Origin: Alkalispirochaeta sp.
GTDB taxonomy: Bacteria; Spirochaetota; Spirochaetia; DSM-27196; Alkalispirochaetaceae
NCBI GenBank assembly: GCA_965242725.1
Contig: CBDESZ010000031.1
Location: 64,001-128,000, forward strand
Length of the DNA: 64,000 nt
Direction of reading: 5' to 3'
The notes under the pieces were generated by a model. That model was not told the origin of the DNA, ran no database searches, and saw nothing but the letters and a program-made list of their open reading frames with translations. The position numbers were made by a program, and so were the translations under genes. Of the stretch, positions 1 to 10,099 are shown piece after piece. Numbering within the stretch: the first letter of the stretch is position 1; every line of letters starts with the position of its first letter.

Positions 1-1881
1 CTGATACCCAGCCCCTATATACGGGAGTCGAATATAGGAAAAGACTACGATCACAGTTATGTGTGGGTGGAGGAAGGGGAACTTCTGGGGTATATCCTGG
101 TATACTCGAACCGGTCCAATACCTCCTATCTCATATACAAGCTGGTCATCAGTCCCTTTGCCCGCGGGCGGGGAATCGGATCGGCGCTGGTCCAGCGCCT
201 GCTTCAAACAATTGCGGCGGATGCATCGGTGTATCTCTTTGTCTGGGAGAAGCACAGCGATACCCTTGAGTTTTTTGTAAAGCGCGGCTTCAAGGCCGGC
301 GAGTCTGTGGTCTATCGCAATCTCGTCTTCTTTTACCTCCACGGAACGAGCGGCGATATCCTCACCAACGCAGAAACGTCCTCCGCTGTAGAGATGGACG
401 CCACCGAGGAGATCGGTCGTACCCGACACGACGCCAGAAAGACGATACGTCTCCTCTCCAATATGGTGGATATGCTTTCCATAGAGAATTGCGGAAGGAT
501 CATTGAGGATATCAACCGGGAGACAACCTCTCTGGTAAATACCCTCAACGCCTTCCGGGACTCGATGTCGCGAATTCACGAAGTGAATATCACTGACCTC
601 ATTCTCGAGAGAATCGTACCGTATGTGGGGACCTCATCGGTGCGGTGTGAATTGCGGCTCAAGCTGCAGAAGACGAATGTCCTCGTACTCGGCAACTACG
701 TGAGTTTCGGTCGAGCCTTTGTCAATATTGTCGCCAATGCGCTTGAATCGATCGCCATGTCCCGACGGGAGTTCGGTATCCTTGAGGTGAAGATCGGGGA
801 GAGCGATCAAGGTCCCTTTATCCGGTTTCGGGACAACGGCATCGGCATGTCCCCGGAACAGCTGAAACGCGGTGCCGACGGCGTTCCCGCCTTTGTCGGC
901 AAGACGACCAAGGACCGACGGGAAGGCGAGGGACTTGGTTCGATACAGATCTTCAGTACCTTCGGACCGGAATACGTCGATGTGGAAAGCGTGCCGGGAA
1001 GGGGTTGCGCATGGACGATCCGCTTCAGAAAGGCATCCAGCGACAATGACCCGTGGTATTCCCGACTGGAACAGCGATACTATCTGATCACCACCCTGAC
1101 GGAGGTGAAAATTCCCGATACGGCGTCGTCGCGACAGGAAATGATCGCCTTCATCTGGCAGACGCGACAAATCGAAATCTTCCTCTTTGATGTGATTCTC
1201 CATTTCAGTGCCTACCAGAACATTCGTTCCATATTTCGCTCGCTCCTCTCGTTCCTGCAGGGCGACATGGACGCCGAGAAACTGCGCCGATTTGTCGACC
1301 GGCTGCGCGTTGATCGCCCCGTCCTGAGGCGGTGGATGACCCACACCGCGGAAACGGTCCGTGAGCGGTGGCGGGTCATCTCGGAGCTGCAGGAGACAAC
1401 GGACCTCCGGGGCGCGATGCTCAAGAGTTACGGACAGGCGATAGAAAACGTGATGATCTTCACCCTCAATCCGGAAACGGGACGGACTTTTGTCACCGAT
1501 CGGAAACTGGCGGAACATCTGGACTTTGCACCCTATCTGGGAGCCCGGAAGGAACGGCTGTTGCGGGGAGAGTTTACCGGTGACATCAATAACGACGAGA
1601 GGCCGATCTTCCTCGGTGTCTGGAATATCGGCTCCGAGGAGGACCTGATGAATAAGCTGCAGCTCCTCCGCGCGGGGGCGCGAAAACTCGTGGAAATCGG
1701 CATACACCGGGAAAAAAAGCTCGCCTTCTACCAGACCACATATATCCGCCACTCCCGGGACATCGACAGTGACGCGGTCACGACTTTTGGTGAATTCTCG
1801 GGCCTCGATGACGGAGAATTACTTCGATACGCCCGCGAAGCAGACGACGAACTGCAGGGATATCTCTCGGGGGTGGACTGA
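1..1881 (+). CDS. GNAT acetyltransferase / histidine-kinase-like ATPase fusion with unknown C-terminal domain (5'-truncated by window edge)
   Basis: Frame is open from base 1. GNAT motif A (ARGRGIGSALV), H-box-like RHDARKTI, N box NIVANALES, G1 DNGIGM, G2 TTK..GEGLG. Confidence 0.75.
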   Translation: MIPSPYIRESNIGKDYDHSYVWVEEGELLGYILVYSNRSNTSYLIYKLVISPFARGRGIGSALVQRLLQTIAADASVYLFVWEKHSDTLEFFVKRGFKAGESVVYRNLVFFYLHGTSGDILTNAETSSAVEMDATEEIGRTRHDARKTIRLLSNMVDMLSIENCGRIIEDINRETTSLVNTLNAFRDSMSRIHEVNITDLILERIVPYVGTSSVRCELRLKLQKTNVLVLGNYVSFGRAFVNIVANALESIAMSRREFGILEVKIGESDQGPFIRFRDNGIGMSPEQLKRGADGVPAFVGKTTKDRREGEGLGSIQIFSTFGPEYVDVESVPGRGCAWTIRFRKASSDNDPWYSRLEQRYYLITTLTEVKIPDTASSRQEMIAFIWQTRQIEIFLFDVILHFSAYQNIRSIFRSLLSFLQGDMDAEKLRRFVDRLRVDRPVLRRWMTHTAETVRERWRVISELQETTDLRGAMLKSYGQAIENVMIFTLNPETGRTFVTDRKLAEHLDFAPYLGARKERLLRGEFTGDINNDERPIFLGVWNIGSEEDLMNKLQLLRAGARKLVEIGIHREKKLAFYQTTYIRHSRDIDSDAVTTFGEFSGLDDGELLRYAREADDELQGYLSGVD

Positions 1882-1987
1882 TTTCATCCACCCCGCGATG
1901 CTGTGCGACCGGTAGCCCGGCCGGAAGAGTCAACGCTTCGGGGACGACCCGCCCCCCGGCCGCCCCCGGCCCCCCGGCCCGGGTCCG

Positions 1988-2668
1988 TCAGAGGCGCAAC
2001 GTTCCCAGCCCGCCGTCGACTCCGAGAATCTGTCCGGTGATCCAGGAGCTTTTCTCTCCCGACAGAAACGCAATGGCTTCAGCGATATCGTCGGGCCGCC
2101 CGATCCTCCCGAGGGGGTGACGTTTCCCCATGCGGTCCCGCTTCTCGTCAGTGTCGACGAGATGGCGAGTGAGATCGGAATCGGTAAGGGACGGTGCGAC
2201 CGCGTTAAACCGGATACCTTTCGGGGCGTATTCCGCGGCCAGTGACCTGACCAACCCCTCCAGTGCGCCCTTTGCCTGAGCGACGGACGCGTGGAATCCC
2301 ATACCCGTCTGGGCCGCCACGGTTGAAACGACCACTACCGACGGGTGGGTTCCCTTCATCAGTCTGGGAAGGGCAACCTGAAGGATTCTGATGAATCCCG
2401 CCACATTCACCTCCCAGTCTTCCCGAAAGTGGTCCAGAGTAATGCGTTGAAACGCCGCCAGACGGACCGTACCCGGAAAGTAGAGAAGACCGTCGAGCGT
2501 ATCGGGAAGCTCCGCGAGATCGCCCCGGACGTAGTCGGACACCACCGTTGCGCCGGGAATATCCTTCCGGGACCACTGAATAACCGCTGCTCCCTGATCC
2601 TTCAGGATCGTCACCGTTTCGCCGGCCAGGGCGGAGCTTGCCCCGACCACCAGTACCGTTCTTTTCAT
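1988..2668 (-). CDS. SDR family oxidoreductase
   Basis: N-terminal Rossmann VVGASS, NAVAPSLT, SWITGQILGVDGG. The YxxxK position reads VAQAK (atypical). ATG at 2668. Confidence 0.85.
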   Translation of the reverse strand: MKRTVLVVGASSALAGETVTILKDQGAAVIQWSRKDIPGATVVSDYVRGDLAELPDTLDGLLYFPGTVRLAAFQRITLDHFREDWEVNVAGFIRILQVALPRLMKGTHPSVVVVSTVAAQTGMGFHASVAQAKGALEGLVRSLAAEYAPKGIRFNAVAPSLTDSDLTRHLVDTDEKRDRMGKRHPLGRIGRPDDIAEAIAFLSGEKSSWITGQILGVDGGLGTLRL

Positions 2669-2756
2669 ACGTATATTATACAACCGCCGTGCCCTTCCGA
2701 TTGAGTTATTTGACACGTCGGGGAGGTCGATTTACGCTTTAGGTACGGTCCGGAGG

Positions 2757-3890
2757 TTGCGTGCCGTGAATGGACAGGACACCCGGTATCGTCGCAAGGT
2801 CGAAGCGCTCCTGCAGGGGACGGACATCCGGATTGGGGGCGACCGGCCGTGGGATATCCGGGTCAAAAACCCTCATTTTTTCAGGAAAGTTATTACCCAG
2901 GGAGCTCTGGGTCTCGGTGAATCCTACATGAACGAGTGGTGGGACAGCCCCCGGCTCGATGAGCTCATGACAAGGGTGCTCGCCGCTGGACTCGACAGGG
3001 CCGTTATCGCCCGCGTACTGGCGCTGGATCTCGTCGCAGCCATTCTTTTCAATCTTCAAAATCGAACGCGGGCGTGGATGATCGGACGCCGCCACTACGA
3101 CATCGGTAACGACCTGTACCGTCGGATGCTGGACCGCAACCTGATATACAGCTGCGGGTACTGGAAATCCGCGGATACCCTGGACGAAGCCCAGGAGGCA
3201 AAGGTCGACCTCGTCTGCCGCAAGCTTCAATTGCAGCCCCATATGCGGGTGCTCGATATCGGGTGCGGCTGGGGAGGCGCGGCAAAGTACGTGGCGGAAC
3301 GGTACGGCTGTTCCGTGGTGGGCGTCACCGTCTCCGAAGAACAGTACCGATTCGGCAAGGAGCTCTGTCGCGGGCTCCCGGTGGAAATTCGACTGCAGGA
3401 TTATCGTGACATCAGGGAAAACTTCGACCGGGTCTACTCCATAGGAATGTTTGAACATGTGGGTTACCGCAACTACCACCGGTTCATGAAGATCGTACGC
3501 TCCATTCTCCCCGAACACGGCCTCTTTCTGCTCCATACCATCGGGGGGAACCGCTCGGTCAGGACGACCGATCCATGGATTAAGCGATACATCTTCCCCA
3601 ACGGGATGCTGCCGTCGGTACGTCAGGTGGGTACTGCCATTGACGACCTCTTTGTCATGGAAGACTGGCACAATTTTGGTACCGACTACGATACGACGTT
3701 AATGCACTGGTTCAGTAACTTCGACGCGGCGTGGCCGGAGCTCGCCGAGCGCTACGGCCGGCGATTCTATCGCTTGTGGAAGTACTACCTGCTCACCTCA
3801 GCCGCCAGTTTTCGGGTGCGAAAGAACCAGCTCTGGCAGGTCGTTCTCTCCGCGGGCGGCGTTCCGGGCGGGTATGCGGCACCGCGGTGA
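2757..3890 (+). CDS. cfa: cyclopropane-fatty-acyl-phospholipid synthase
   Basis: HYDIGNDLY, YSCGYW, SAM motif VLDIGCGWGG, SIGMFEHVG, YIFPNG. Confidence 0.93.
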   Translation: MRAVNGQDTRYRRKVEALLQGTDIRIGGDRPWDIRVKNPHFFRKVITQGALGLGESYMNEWWDSPRLDELMTRVLAAGLDRAVIARVLALDLVAAILFNLQNRTRAWMIGRRHYDIGNDLYRRMLDRNLIYSCGYWKSADTLDEAQEAKVDLVCRKLQLQPHMRVLDIGCGWGGAAKYVAERYGCSVVGVTVSEEQYRFGKELCRGLPVEIRLQDYRDIRENFDRVYSIGMFEHVGYRNYHRFMKIVRSILPEHGLFLLHTIGGNRSVRTTDPWIKRYIFPNGMLPSVRQVGTAIDDLFVMEDWHNFGTDYDTTLMHWFSNFDAAWPELAERYGRRFYRLWKYYLLTSAASFRVRKNQLWQVVLSAGGVPGGYAAPR

Positions 3891-3933
3891 GAGGCGGGTG
3901 GATATTCGGCGCATCGGACAAATGTGTCACATC

Positions 3934-4488
3934 CTAGAAAGTTGGCGGTGAGTCGATCCAGATAGCCGTCGAAGGCTTGTCCGAAATATTACGAATTTTG
4001 TGGGGTTGCTCCGAGTTGATGGTTATGCTGTCTCCGGCGTTGAGAATATAAATTGTCCCGTCGATGGTAACTTCGAGTTTTCCTTCCAGAACGATGCCGC
4101 ATTCCACCCCTTCATGACGGATCTCGTCGCCTGTTTCCGCGCCGGGTTGAAATTCGTTGTAGAGAACTTCGATGGGACTGTCTTTGTGAACTCGAGTCAT
4201 GGGATAATAATTAATGCCGTTTGAGGTACGGGCGAGCTGTCGCTCGCTTTTCCTGACGACGGGGCTGTCATCCGGTTCAGCGGTATCAAAGAAAGTTCCG
4301 GCCGGAGTATTCAGTGCTTTTGAGATTGCCAGTAGTGTCGTGATTGACGGATTTGCCTTTGAGTTTTCTATCTGACTGAGCAGGCTTTCTGTCAGTCCCG
4401 TCATGTGGGCAACATCACTGAGTGTAAGGTTCTGCTCACGACGGATTTCTTTGATTTTCTGCCCCATCGTATGGAGTAATTCCTTCAC
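3934..4488 (-). CDS. XRE-family HTH + cupin transcriptional regulator
   Basis: HTH with LSQIENSKANPSI and cupin HEGVECGIVLEG...PHKIRN. GGAGG RBS before GTG. Divergent from the iolM operon. Confidence 0.9.
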   Translation of the reverse strand: MKELLHTMGQKIKEIRREQNLTLSDVAHMTGLTESLLSQIENSKANPSITTLLAISKALNTPAGTFFDTAEPDDSPVVRKSERQLARTSNGINYYPMTRVHKDSPIEVLYNEFQPGAETGDEIRHEGVECGIVLEGKLEVTIDGTIYILNAGDSITINSEQPHKIRNISDKPSTAIWIDSPPTF

Positions 4489-4618
4489 CTATATCCTCCG
4501 GAAATAAAATCATACCACTCGGTCAGTCCGGGGCGCAACAGAACACGTCGAGGTCTCAGCCGTGAAACTGTGAACCTGCCGATATTATAACACGAATAAA
4601 AATTAAATAATATTAAAG

Positions 4619-4658
4619 TTGACAGCAGATGAGACGGGTGATAGGGTTTAAATATAAT
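4619..4658 (+). promoter_or_regulatory. candidate sigma70 promoter of the iolM-iolG-iolN operon
   Basis: TTGACA at 4619 with TAGGGT 17 bp downstream and TATAAT at 4653, in an AT-rich divergent intergenic region. Confidence 0.45.
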
Positions 4659-4677
4659 TGAAATCGGAGGTGCGGCA

Positions 4678-5743
4678 ATGATGCAGAAAGTTTCCTTTTT
4701 ACATGGACCCCACGACTTGAAAGTCCATGAGGTAGAGGTTCCGTCCCCGGGTCCCGGGCAGGTTCTCATCAAGGTCAAAACGTGTGGAATTTGCGGTTCC
4801 GACGTGGAGTGTTTTGAAGGCAATAGCGCGGAAGGGCGCTACGATATCGCCCCGTACACGCCTGGTCACGAGTGGGCGGGAGAGATCATCGAGGTTGGCG
4901 CAAACTGTATGAGCGGACTCAAAGTAGGCAACAAGGTGATTGGTGACTGCGTGATGGGTTGCGGCAAATGCTACAATTGTAAGGAAGGCCGGATGCCCTC
5001 GGCGTGTCTGAATTTCCGTGAAATCGGGTTTCGACCGGACTCTCCCGGTGGTATGGGGGAATACATGGTCGTAGAGGAAGAGTACGTCCATGCCTTCCCC
5101 GACGATTGGAGCTGGGAACTCGGCGCCTGGCATGAACCATTTTCGATCGGTTATTACGGTGTGTGGGGGAAACGGTCACCATATCGACGCAAGTGATACG
5201 GCCCTCATTCTCGGTGCCGGTCCCATCGGTATGACCGCCGCAATCGTCGCAATGGCCAGCGGTGCAAAAGTGATCGTGGCTGATCCTCTGGAATCCCGTC
5301 GTCAGCGAGCGTTGAAATACGGTGTCGATGTAGCCCTCGATCCTTCCAGTAATTTTGTGCAAAAGGTGATGGACAATACCGCCGGTCGTGGCGCCGACGT
5401 TATGGTTGAATGCTCCGGTAACGACAACGCCCTCGCTTCTCTCTTTGACGTTGGCAGCCATAGCGCCCGGGTTCACCTCGTAGGTCATTCCATCGGTCGA
5501 AAGGTCCCGGTCGAGATTGGTAAGACGATCTGGAAGACATTCACAATCACCGGTTCCGGCGGCACCAAGAATTTCGCCCAGCGGACGATCCGCTTCATGG
5601 ACCGCATCAAGGACAAGTACGATATCACCGGACTTACCACGCATCGCTTTGACTTTGAAAAGATTCAGGATGCCTTTGATGTTGCGGTTCACGAAAAAGC
5701 GGCGGCGCTCAAGGTAATGCTGCAGATCGACAAGGACCTGTAG
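4678..5743 (+). CDS. iolM: Zn-dependent dehydrogenase, probable scyllo-inosose 3-dehydrogenase (IolM-like), split by one frameshift near 5165-5172
   Basis: CGSD, GHEWAG and CGKCYNC..C in ORF 4678-5196. GAGPIG Rossmann in ORF 5090-5743. Junction at a GGGGG/AAA run. Clustered with iolN and iolO. Confidence 0.65.
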
Positions 5744-5759
5744 GGAAGGTGCGGGAAAG

Positions 5760-6785
5760 ATGGCAATACGACTGGCTATTGTAGGGTTGGGGCGTCTCGG
5801 TTACGAGCATGCCCGGAATATCCACTACCGGATTCCGAATGCCGAGCTTGCTGCAATCTGTTCCGTCCGGGAGGAGGAACTTTATCGAGTACAGCAAGAG
5901 ATCCCAGTCGAGTTTGCAACGTTATCGTACGAGGAACTCCTGAAGTGGGGCCGATTTGACGGGCTGGTGATCGCTTCAACATCGGGGGTCCACGCCGATC
6001 AGATTTGCATGGCTATCGACGGCGGAGTCAGGCAACTCTACTCGGAAAAGCCAATTGGCATGGACATGGATGAGGTATGGCGTATTACCGAAACGGTTCG
6101 GAATGCCGGCGACGTGTTGTTCCAGGTAGGATACAACCACCGCTTTGATGAGGACCTGATTGCGGCGCGGGAAAAACTGATCTCCGGCGCCATCGGAACG
6201 CCGGTGTTTCTCCGGCTTGTCTCGCGGGACAAGATGATGGATCCGGAATTCCTGTTGCGTTTCAGTCCAACCAGCGGCGGACTCGTGTCGGACATGATGA
6301 CCCACGATTATGATACCGCCCGTTGGCTCCTGGGTGCGGAACCGGTCCGGATCTTCGGTCTTGGTAATACATACCACTACGAAGGCCTTCAGGAGATTGG
6401 AGATATCGACAACGCCGTAATTCTGATGGAGTTTTCCAACGGGACGATGGTTCAGCTCGAGTCCAGCCGAAACGCGTCATACGGCTATCACGCGCCGGCG
6501 GAGATCTTTGGTACGGCCGGCGCAATCAAGATGGGCGATGTGCCGCGGAAGACGCGTTCCGTGTACTTTGGGGCCGCCGGCGCGTCGGAGCCATGCCACC
6601 AATCCTTTTTTGAGTACTGGCAGGACACCTATCGAGCGGAGTTGCAGGACTTTGTGGACTGTATTCGGGAGAAACGTCCTCCCAAAGTCGGGCTGGAAGA
6701 CGGATTTAAAGCCGTTGAATGGGCCTTCACCGCTGCAGAAGCGGTACGGAACAAGAGCGTATTGGAGTATACCAGCACGTTTTAA
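5760..6785 (+). CDS. iolG: inositol 2-dehydrogenase-like Gfo/Idh/MocA oxidoreductase
   Basis: GLGRLG, SEKP, GYNHRFD, SGGL..DM..HDYD. Confidence 0.75.
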   Translation: MAIRLAIVGLGRLGYEHARNIHYRIPNAELAAICSVREEELYRVQQEIPVEFATLSYEELLKWGRFDGLVIASTSGVHADQICMAIDGGVRQLYSEKPIGMDMDEVWRITETVRNAGDVLFQVGYNHRFDEDLIAAREKLISGAIGTPVFLRLVSRDKMMDPEFLLRFSPTSGGLVSDMMTHDYDTARWLLGAEPVRIFGLGNTYHYEGLQEIGDIDNAVILMEFSNGTMVQLESSRNASYGYHAPAEIFGTAGAIKMGDVPRKTRSVYFGAAGASEPCHQSFFEYWQDTYRAELQDFVDCIREKRPPKVGLEDGFKAVEWAFTAAEAVRNKSVLEYTSTF

Positions 6786-6845
6786 ACTCGTGTCGGGTAG
6801 AATGAGAACTCCATCTACCCTGGAACACAACTCAAGGAGAAAAGA

Positions 6846-7955
6846 ATGCAAAAAAAATGGTTGACAACGGACTATCCTGAAATAGTTTTTGAGGATAACG
6901 AAGTCGGAAGATTGAAGAAGAAACTTTGGGATGCGTCTGATGCGGACATTGAGAAGATTCTTGAGGAATACGAAATCCCTTCGGAATCGGAACTCGGGAA
7001 GGGGTATACCTATATTCAGTCCACCCCCCGGGCCGTCGCCATCGAAAAACGACGGAAAAACGATATCGTCTTTGTTCCCATCGGGGTTACCGAAAACCAC
7101 GGCATGCACAATAACACCGGTCTGGACACGTACATGTGTACCCAGCTGGTAGAGGGCGTTCGGCGTTACACGGCCAAGCAGGGACATGAATGCAATATCT
7201 GTCTTCCCCCGTTGAACTTCGGCAACCATCCCCACCACCACCTTGGAATGGCGGGAACGATGATATTCCCGCCGGAAGTGGTGCAGGAGGCGCTGATTTA
7301 CACGATGGCCGGACTCTGGGACGACGGATACCGGAAGATCGTGTTTATCAATAACCACGGTCACCTCTGGACGCTGGTTGGCGCAATCCAGGAGTTCATG
7401 AAGCGCTTTCAGCTTCCCGCGGTCGTACGCGTTATCGACTGGCACCGGGCGATTCGGGAGTTTTTCTATGTGACCGACCGGAAAAACAGTTTGGAAACCA
7501 ACTTCATTCATGCCGCAGAAGCTGAAACGTCGGTTGCGCAACTGCTCTTCCCGTGGATGATCGACATGCAGTACGTCCAGGACTCTACGCCGGAGCGTAT
7601 GATAGAGGACGGCCATTTTGATTTGTCTGTTGACCCCTATCGCCGCCCCAGCCGCTGGTCAGAGGGAGAAGGACATTTTGCGATAGAGCGGTACGCCACT
7701 CCGGAAGGCGTCGTTGGAAGCCCCAGCAAGGCCCACGTGGACAAGGCCAAAAGGCCTATAGCGGCGATTCTCAGCTATTTGACGCAGGTCCACGATCACA
7801 TCCGGGCCGCTTTCCCGCCGGGGACCGTGCCCGATCCACGGAAGGTAACGCTTCGCGATCCTGCGGAAATCGAACCGTTTTGCCGGGAACCGATGTCCGA
7901 AGGATGGAAGTCGATCCACGAGCTTCCCAAGATCGGTATTTGGGACAAAGCGTAG
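6846..7955 (+). CDS. iolN: creatininase-family hydrolase, probable 3-dehydro-scyllo-inosose hydrolase
   Basis: PIGVTENHG, D-T-Y, NNHGH and HAAEAETS metal-ligand motifs. Lies between inositol dehydrogenases and iolO. Confidence 0.8.
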   Translation: MQKKWLTTDYPEIVFEDNEVGRLKKKLWDASDADIEKILEEYEIPSESELGKGYTYIQSTPRAVAIEKRRKNDIVFVPIGVTENHGMHNNTGLDTYMCTQLVEGVRRYTAKQGHECNICLPPLNFGNHPHHHLGMAGTMIFPPEVVQEALIYTMAGLWDDGYRKIVFINNHGHLWTLVGAIQEFMKRFQLPAVVRVIDWHRAIREFFYVTDRKNSLETNFIHAAEAETSVAQLLFPWMIDMQYVQDSTPERMIEDGHFDLSVDPYRRPSRWSEGEGHFAIERYATPEGVVGSPSKAHVDKAKRPIAAILSYLTQVHDHIRAAFPPGTVPDPRKVTLRDPAEIEPFCREPMSEGWKSIHELPKIGIWDKA

Positions 7956-7970
7956 ACACATTCCATTACG

Positions 7971-7996
7971 GGCCGCCTGTGGGCGGCTTCTTTTTG
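7971..7996 (+). terminator. intrinsic terminator after iolN
   Basis: GCCGCC-tgtg-GGCGGC stem followed by TTCTTTTT. Confidence 0.7.
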
Positions 7997-8067
7997 TAGC
8001 AGCCGTCGGAGGGCGACTTTCGGCGGACTCTTGAAATTCGCCGAACCCACCACGCAGGAGTTGGAAA

Positions 8068-8880
8068 ATGAAACTGTCTGTCGTCGTATCCACTCATCAG
8101 GCCTCCTTTGAGGCGGTTTCTTTCAAGGGACGGGTAGAAGAAAGTATGATCGCCGTTTCAGACGCCGGGTATGACGGCGTGGAACTGGCCGTGCGCAACG
8201 CGTCCGAGGTACATGGCCCTGACCTTGCGGGCATAGCACAAAACCTGGGGATCGGTATTCCGGCAGTGGGCACCGGACAGATGTGGGGGGAAGAGCGCCT
8301 CTCCCTGACCGCCATGGATGAGTCCGTCCGGGAGACGGCGATTACCCGTGTGAAAGACCATATTGCCCTTGCGGCGGAACTGGACGCCCTGGTCATTATC
8401 GGTCTGGTCCGAGGCGTTTTCCCTGCGCCGGCGCTCAAGGAAGCGTCTTGGAACTGGCTGGTCGAGGGGCTCCGTGAACTGGGGACCGCAGCAGACGCCG
8501 CCGGCGTCGGCATCGCAATCGAGGCGATAAACCGCTACGAGACCGCCTATGTGAATACCGTTTCCGACGGTCTCAATCTCATAGAGCGCGTTGGTCACGA
8601 CTCGATCGGTCTCCTCATGGATACCTTCCATATGAATATCGAAGAGGCCGACATGGAAGGGAGTATCCGGACGTGTGGGGACCGCCTCTTTCACTTCCAC
8701 GTGGCGGACTCCAACCGATGGTATCCTGGAGCGGGGCACATCGATTTCCCGCGGCTTATCAACACCCTTGTCGATACCGGCTATGACGGGTGGATTTCCG
8801 GGGAGTTCCTTCCAAAGCCGGATGGCCCGACTTCGATCGCGAAGGGAATTGAATATTTGAGATGCATCCTGCCAAAGTAG
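8068..8880 (+). CDS. iolO: 5-keto-L-gluconate epimerase (IolO-like, DTE family TIM barrel)
   Basis: MKLSVVVST..F.A..FKG, GTGQ, VIIGLVRG, NRYET, DTFHMNIEE, HVADSNRW.PG.GH closely resemble Thermotoga maritima IolO as I recall it. Confidence 0.85.
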   Translation: MKLSVVVSTHQASFEAVSFKGRVEESMIAVSDAGYDGVELAVRNASEVHGPDLAGIAQNLGIGIPAVGTGQMWGEERLSLTAMDESVRETAITRVKDHIALAAELDALVIIGLVRGVFPAPALKEASWNWLVEGLRELGTAADAAGVGIAIEAINRYETAYVNTVSDGLNLIERVGHDSIGLLMDTFHMNIEEADMEGSIRTCGDRLFHFHVADSNRWYPGAGHIDFPRLINTLVDTGYDGWISGEFLPKPDGPTSIAKGIEYLRCILPK

Positions 8881-8976
8881 GAAGATTATTATCAACATTT
8901 CGCCGGTTGGCGATTTGAACGTCGGTATTCGCCATCGAGAGGGTGAACGTCGGCCCGGCGGATTGAAGGAGGTGCT

Positions 8977-9912
8977 ATGCGACTATTTGTTACCGGTGGC
9001 ACAGGACTGGTTGGCAGTAATGTAATAAAGGTAGCTGCGGAGAAATACTCGGCGAATGTGTATGCATCGCAGCATACACGTAAAACCAATACTCTTCCTG
9101 CCGAGTTCATCGAGATGGATATCCGAGACAGGAACGAGGTCATCAGTACCATCGGGGATTGCAAGCCGGATGCGGTCATTCATTGTGCGGCGACCGTTGA
9201 TACCGCCACGCTGGAGACTGATCATCAACTTGGCTGGGATTTGATGGTTACGGCCACCCGGCACCTGGTCGATGCGTGCCGTGAGGTTGGCACAAAGTTG
9301 ATTTTCGTATCGACCGACTGGGTATTTGACGGAAAAACACCACCATTCTGCGAAACCTCAGTACCTGCACCCGTTTGCTATTACGGATTCTTAAAAGTTG
9401 TCGGCGAGACAATCGTGGCATCCTCAGGTATCGATTTCGCCGTTGCTCGGATTTCGGCGGTGTATGGACGCAACTGGGCATTTCCAAATTGGGAACCGAA
9501 TGAACGTGTCACAGGGTTTGGGACGCTGCCTAACTGGATGGTAAAGATGCTGCGGCAAGGTAAGGAAGTGGCTGAATGGACGGACCACGTAAATGTTTGT
9601 GCCAATCCGACACTTGCGTCCGACTGTGCCGACGCGATGATTGCAATCCATCAGAAAAAACTCAGCGGTACCTTCCATTGTTCCGGCAGTCAATGTGTCA
9701 GTCGCGTCGAGCTTGGCAAGATGGTTGCACGGATTTTTGGATATGACGACGGTTTGGTACGTGAAGCCCGGGATGAAGAGATGACCATGCCCGATGAAAA
9801 ACTCCCGCTGAAGACGTGTCTTGATGTTTCTGCCACGGAGCGCGCTCTCGACCGAAAAAACATACCTGTGATGCAGGGATTAGAAGTGTGGAAAAAACAA
9901 CTGTTGAATTGA
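8977..9912 (+). CDS. extended SDR, RfbD/RmlD-like NAD(P)-dependent oxidoreductase
   Basis: TGGTGLVG, HCAA, STDWVFDG, YGFLK. Confidence 0.8.
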   Translation: MRLFVTGGTGLVGSNVIKVAAEKYSANVYASQHTRKTNTLPAEFIEMDIRDRNEVISTIGDCKPDAVIHCAATVDTATLETDHQLGWDLMVTATRHLVDACREVGTKLIFVSTDWVFDGKTPPFCETSVPAPVCYYGFLKVVGETIVASSGIDFAVARISAVYGRNWAFPNWEPNERVTGFGTLPNWMVKMLRQGKEVAEWTDHVNVCANPTLASDCADAMIAIHQKKLSGTFHCSGSQCVSRVELGKMVARIFGYDDGLVREARDEEMTMPDEKLPLKTCLDVSATERALDRKNIPVMQGLEVWKKQLLN

Positions 9913-10099
9913 CGGCGGTAATAATCTGAACAGTCGGGCAAGCTGACGACGGTACAAACCAAAGCTCTGTAGGTTATCGATATGATTCGAGCGGCAAAAC
10001 CGGTAGCGAATACAACCAAGCCGGGCAAATTCGGCCATGACGCGCAACTGTTCCGCCCGCGTCACGGCCTTCTGTTCGCTTCTCTACATTCCTACTGTC

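Noticed and set aside
4678..5743. Two separate genes, or programmed frameshifting
   Set aside because: The halves form one Zn-dehydrogenase, and a single extra base in a homopolymer explains the split.
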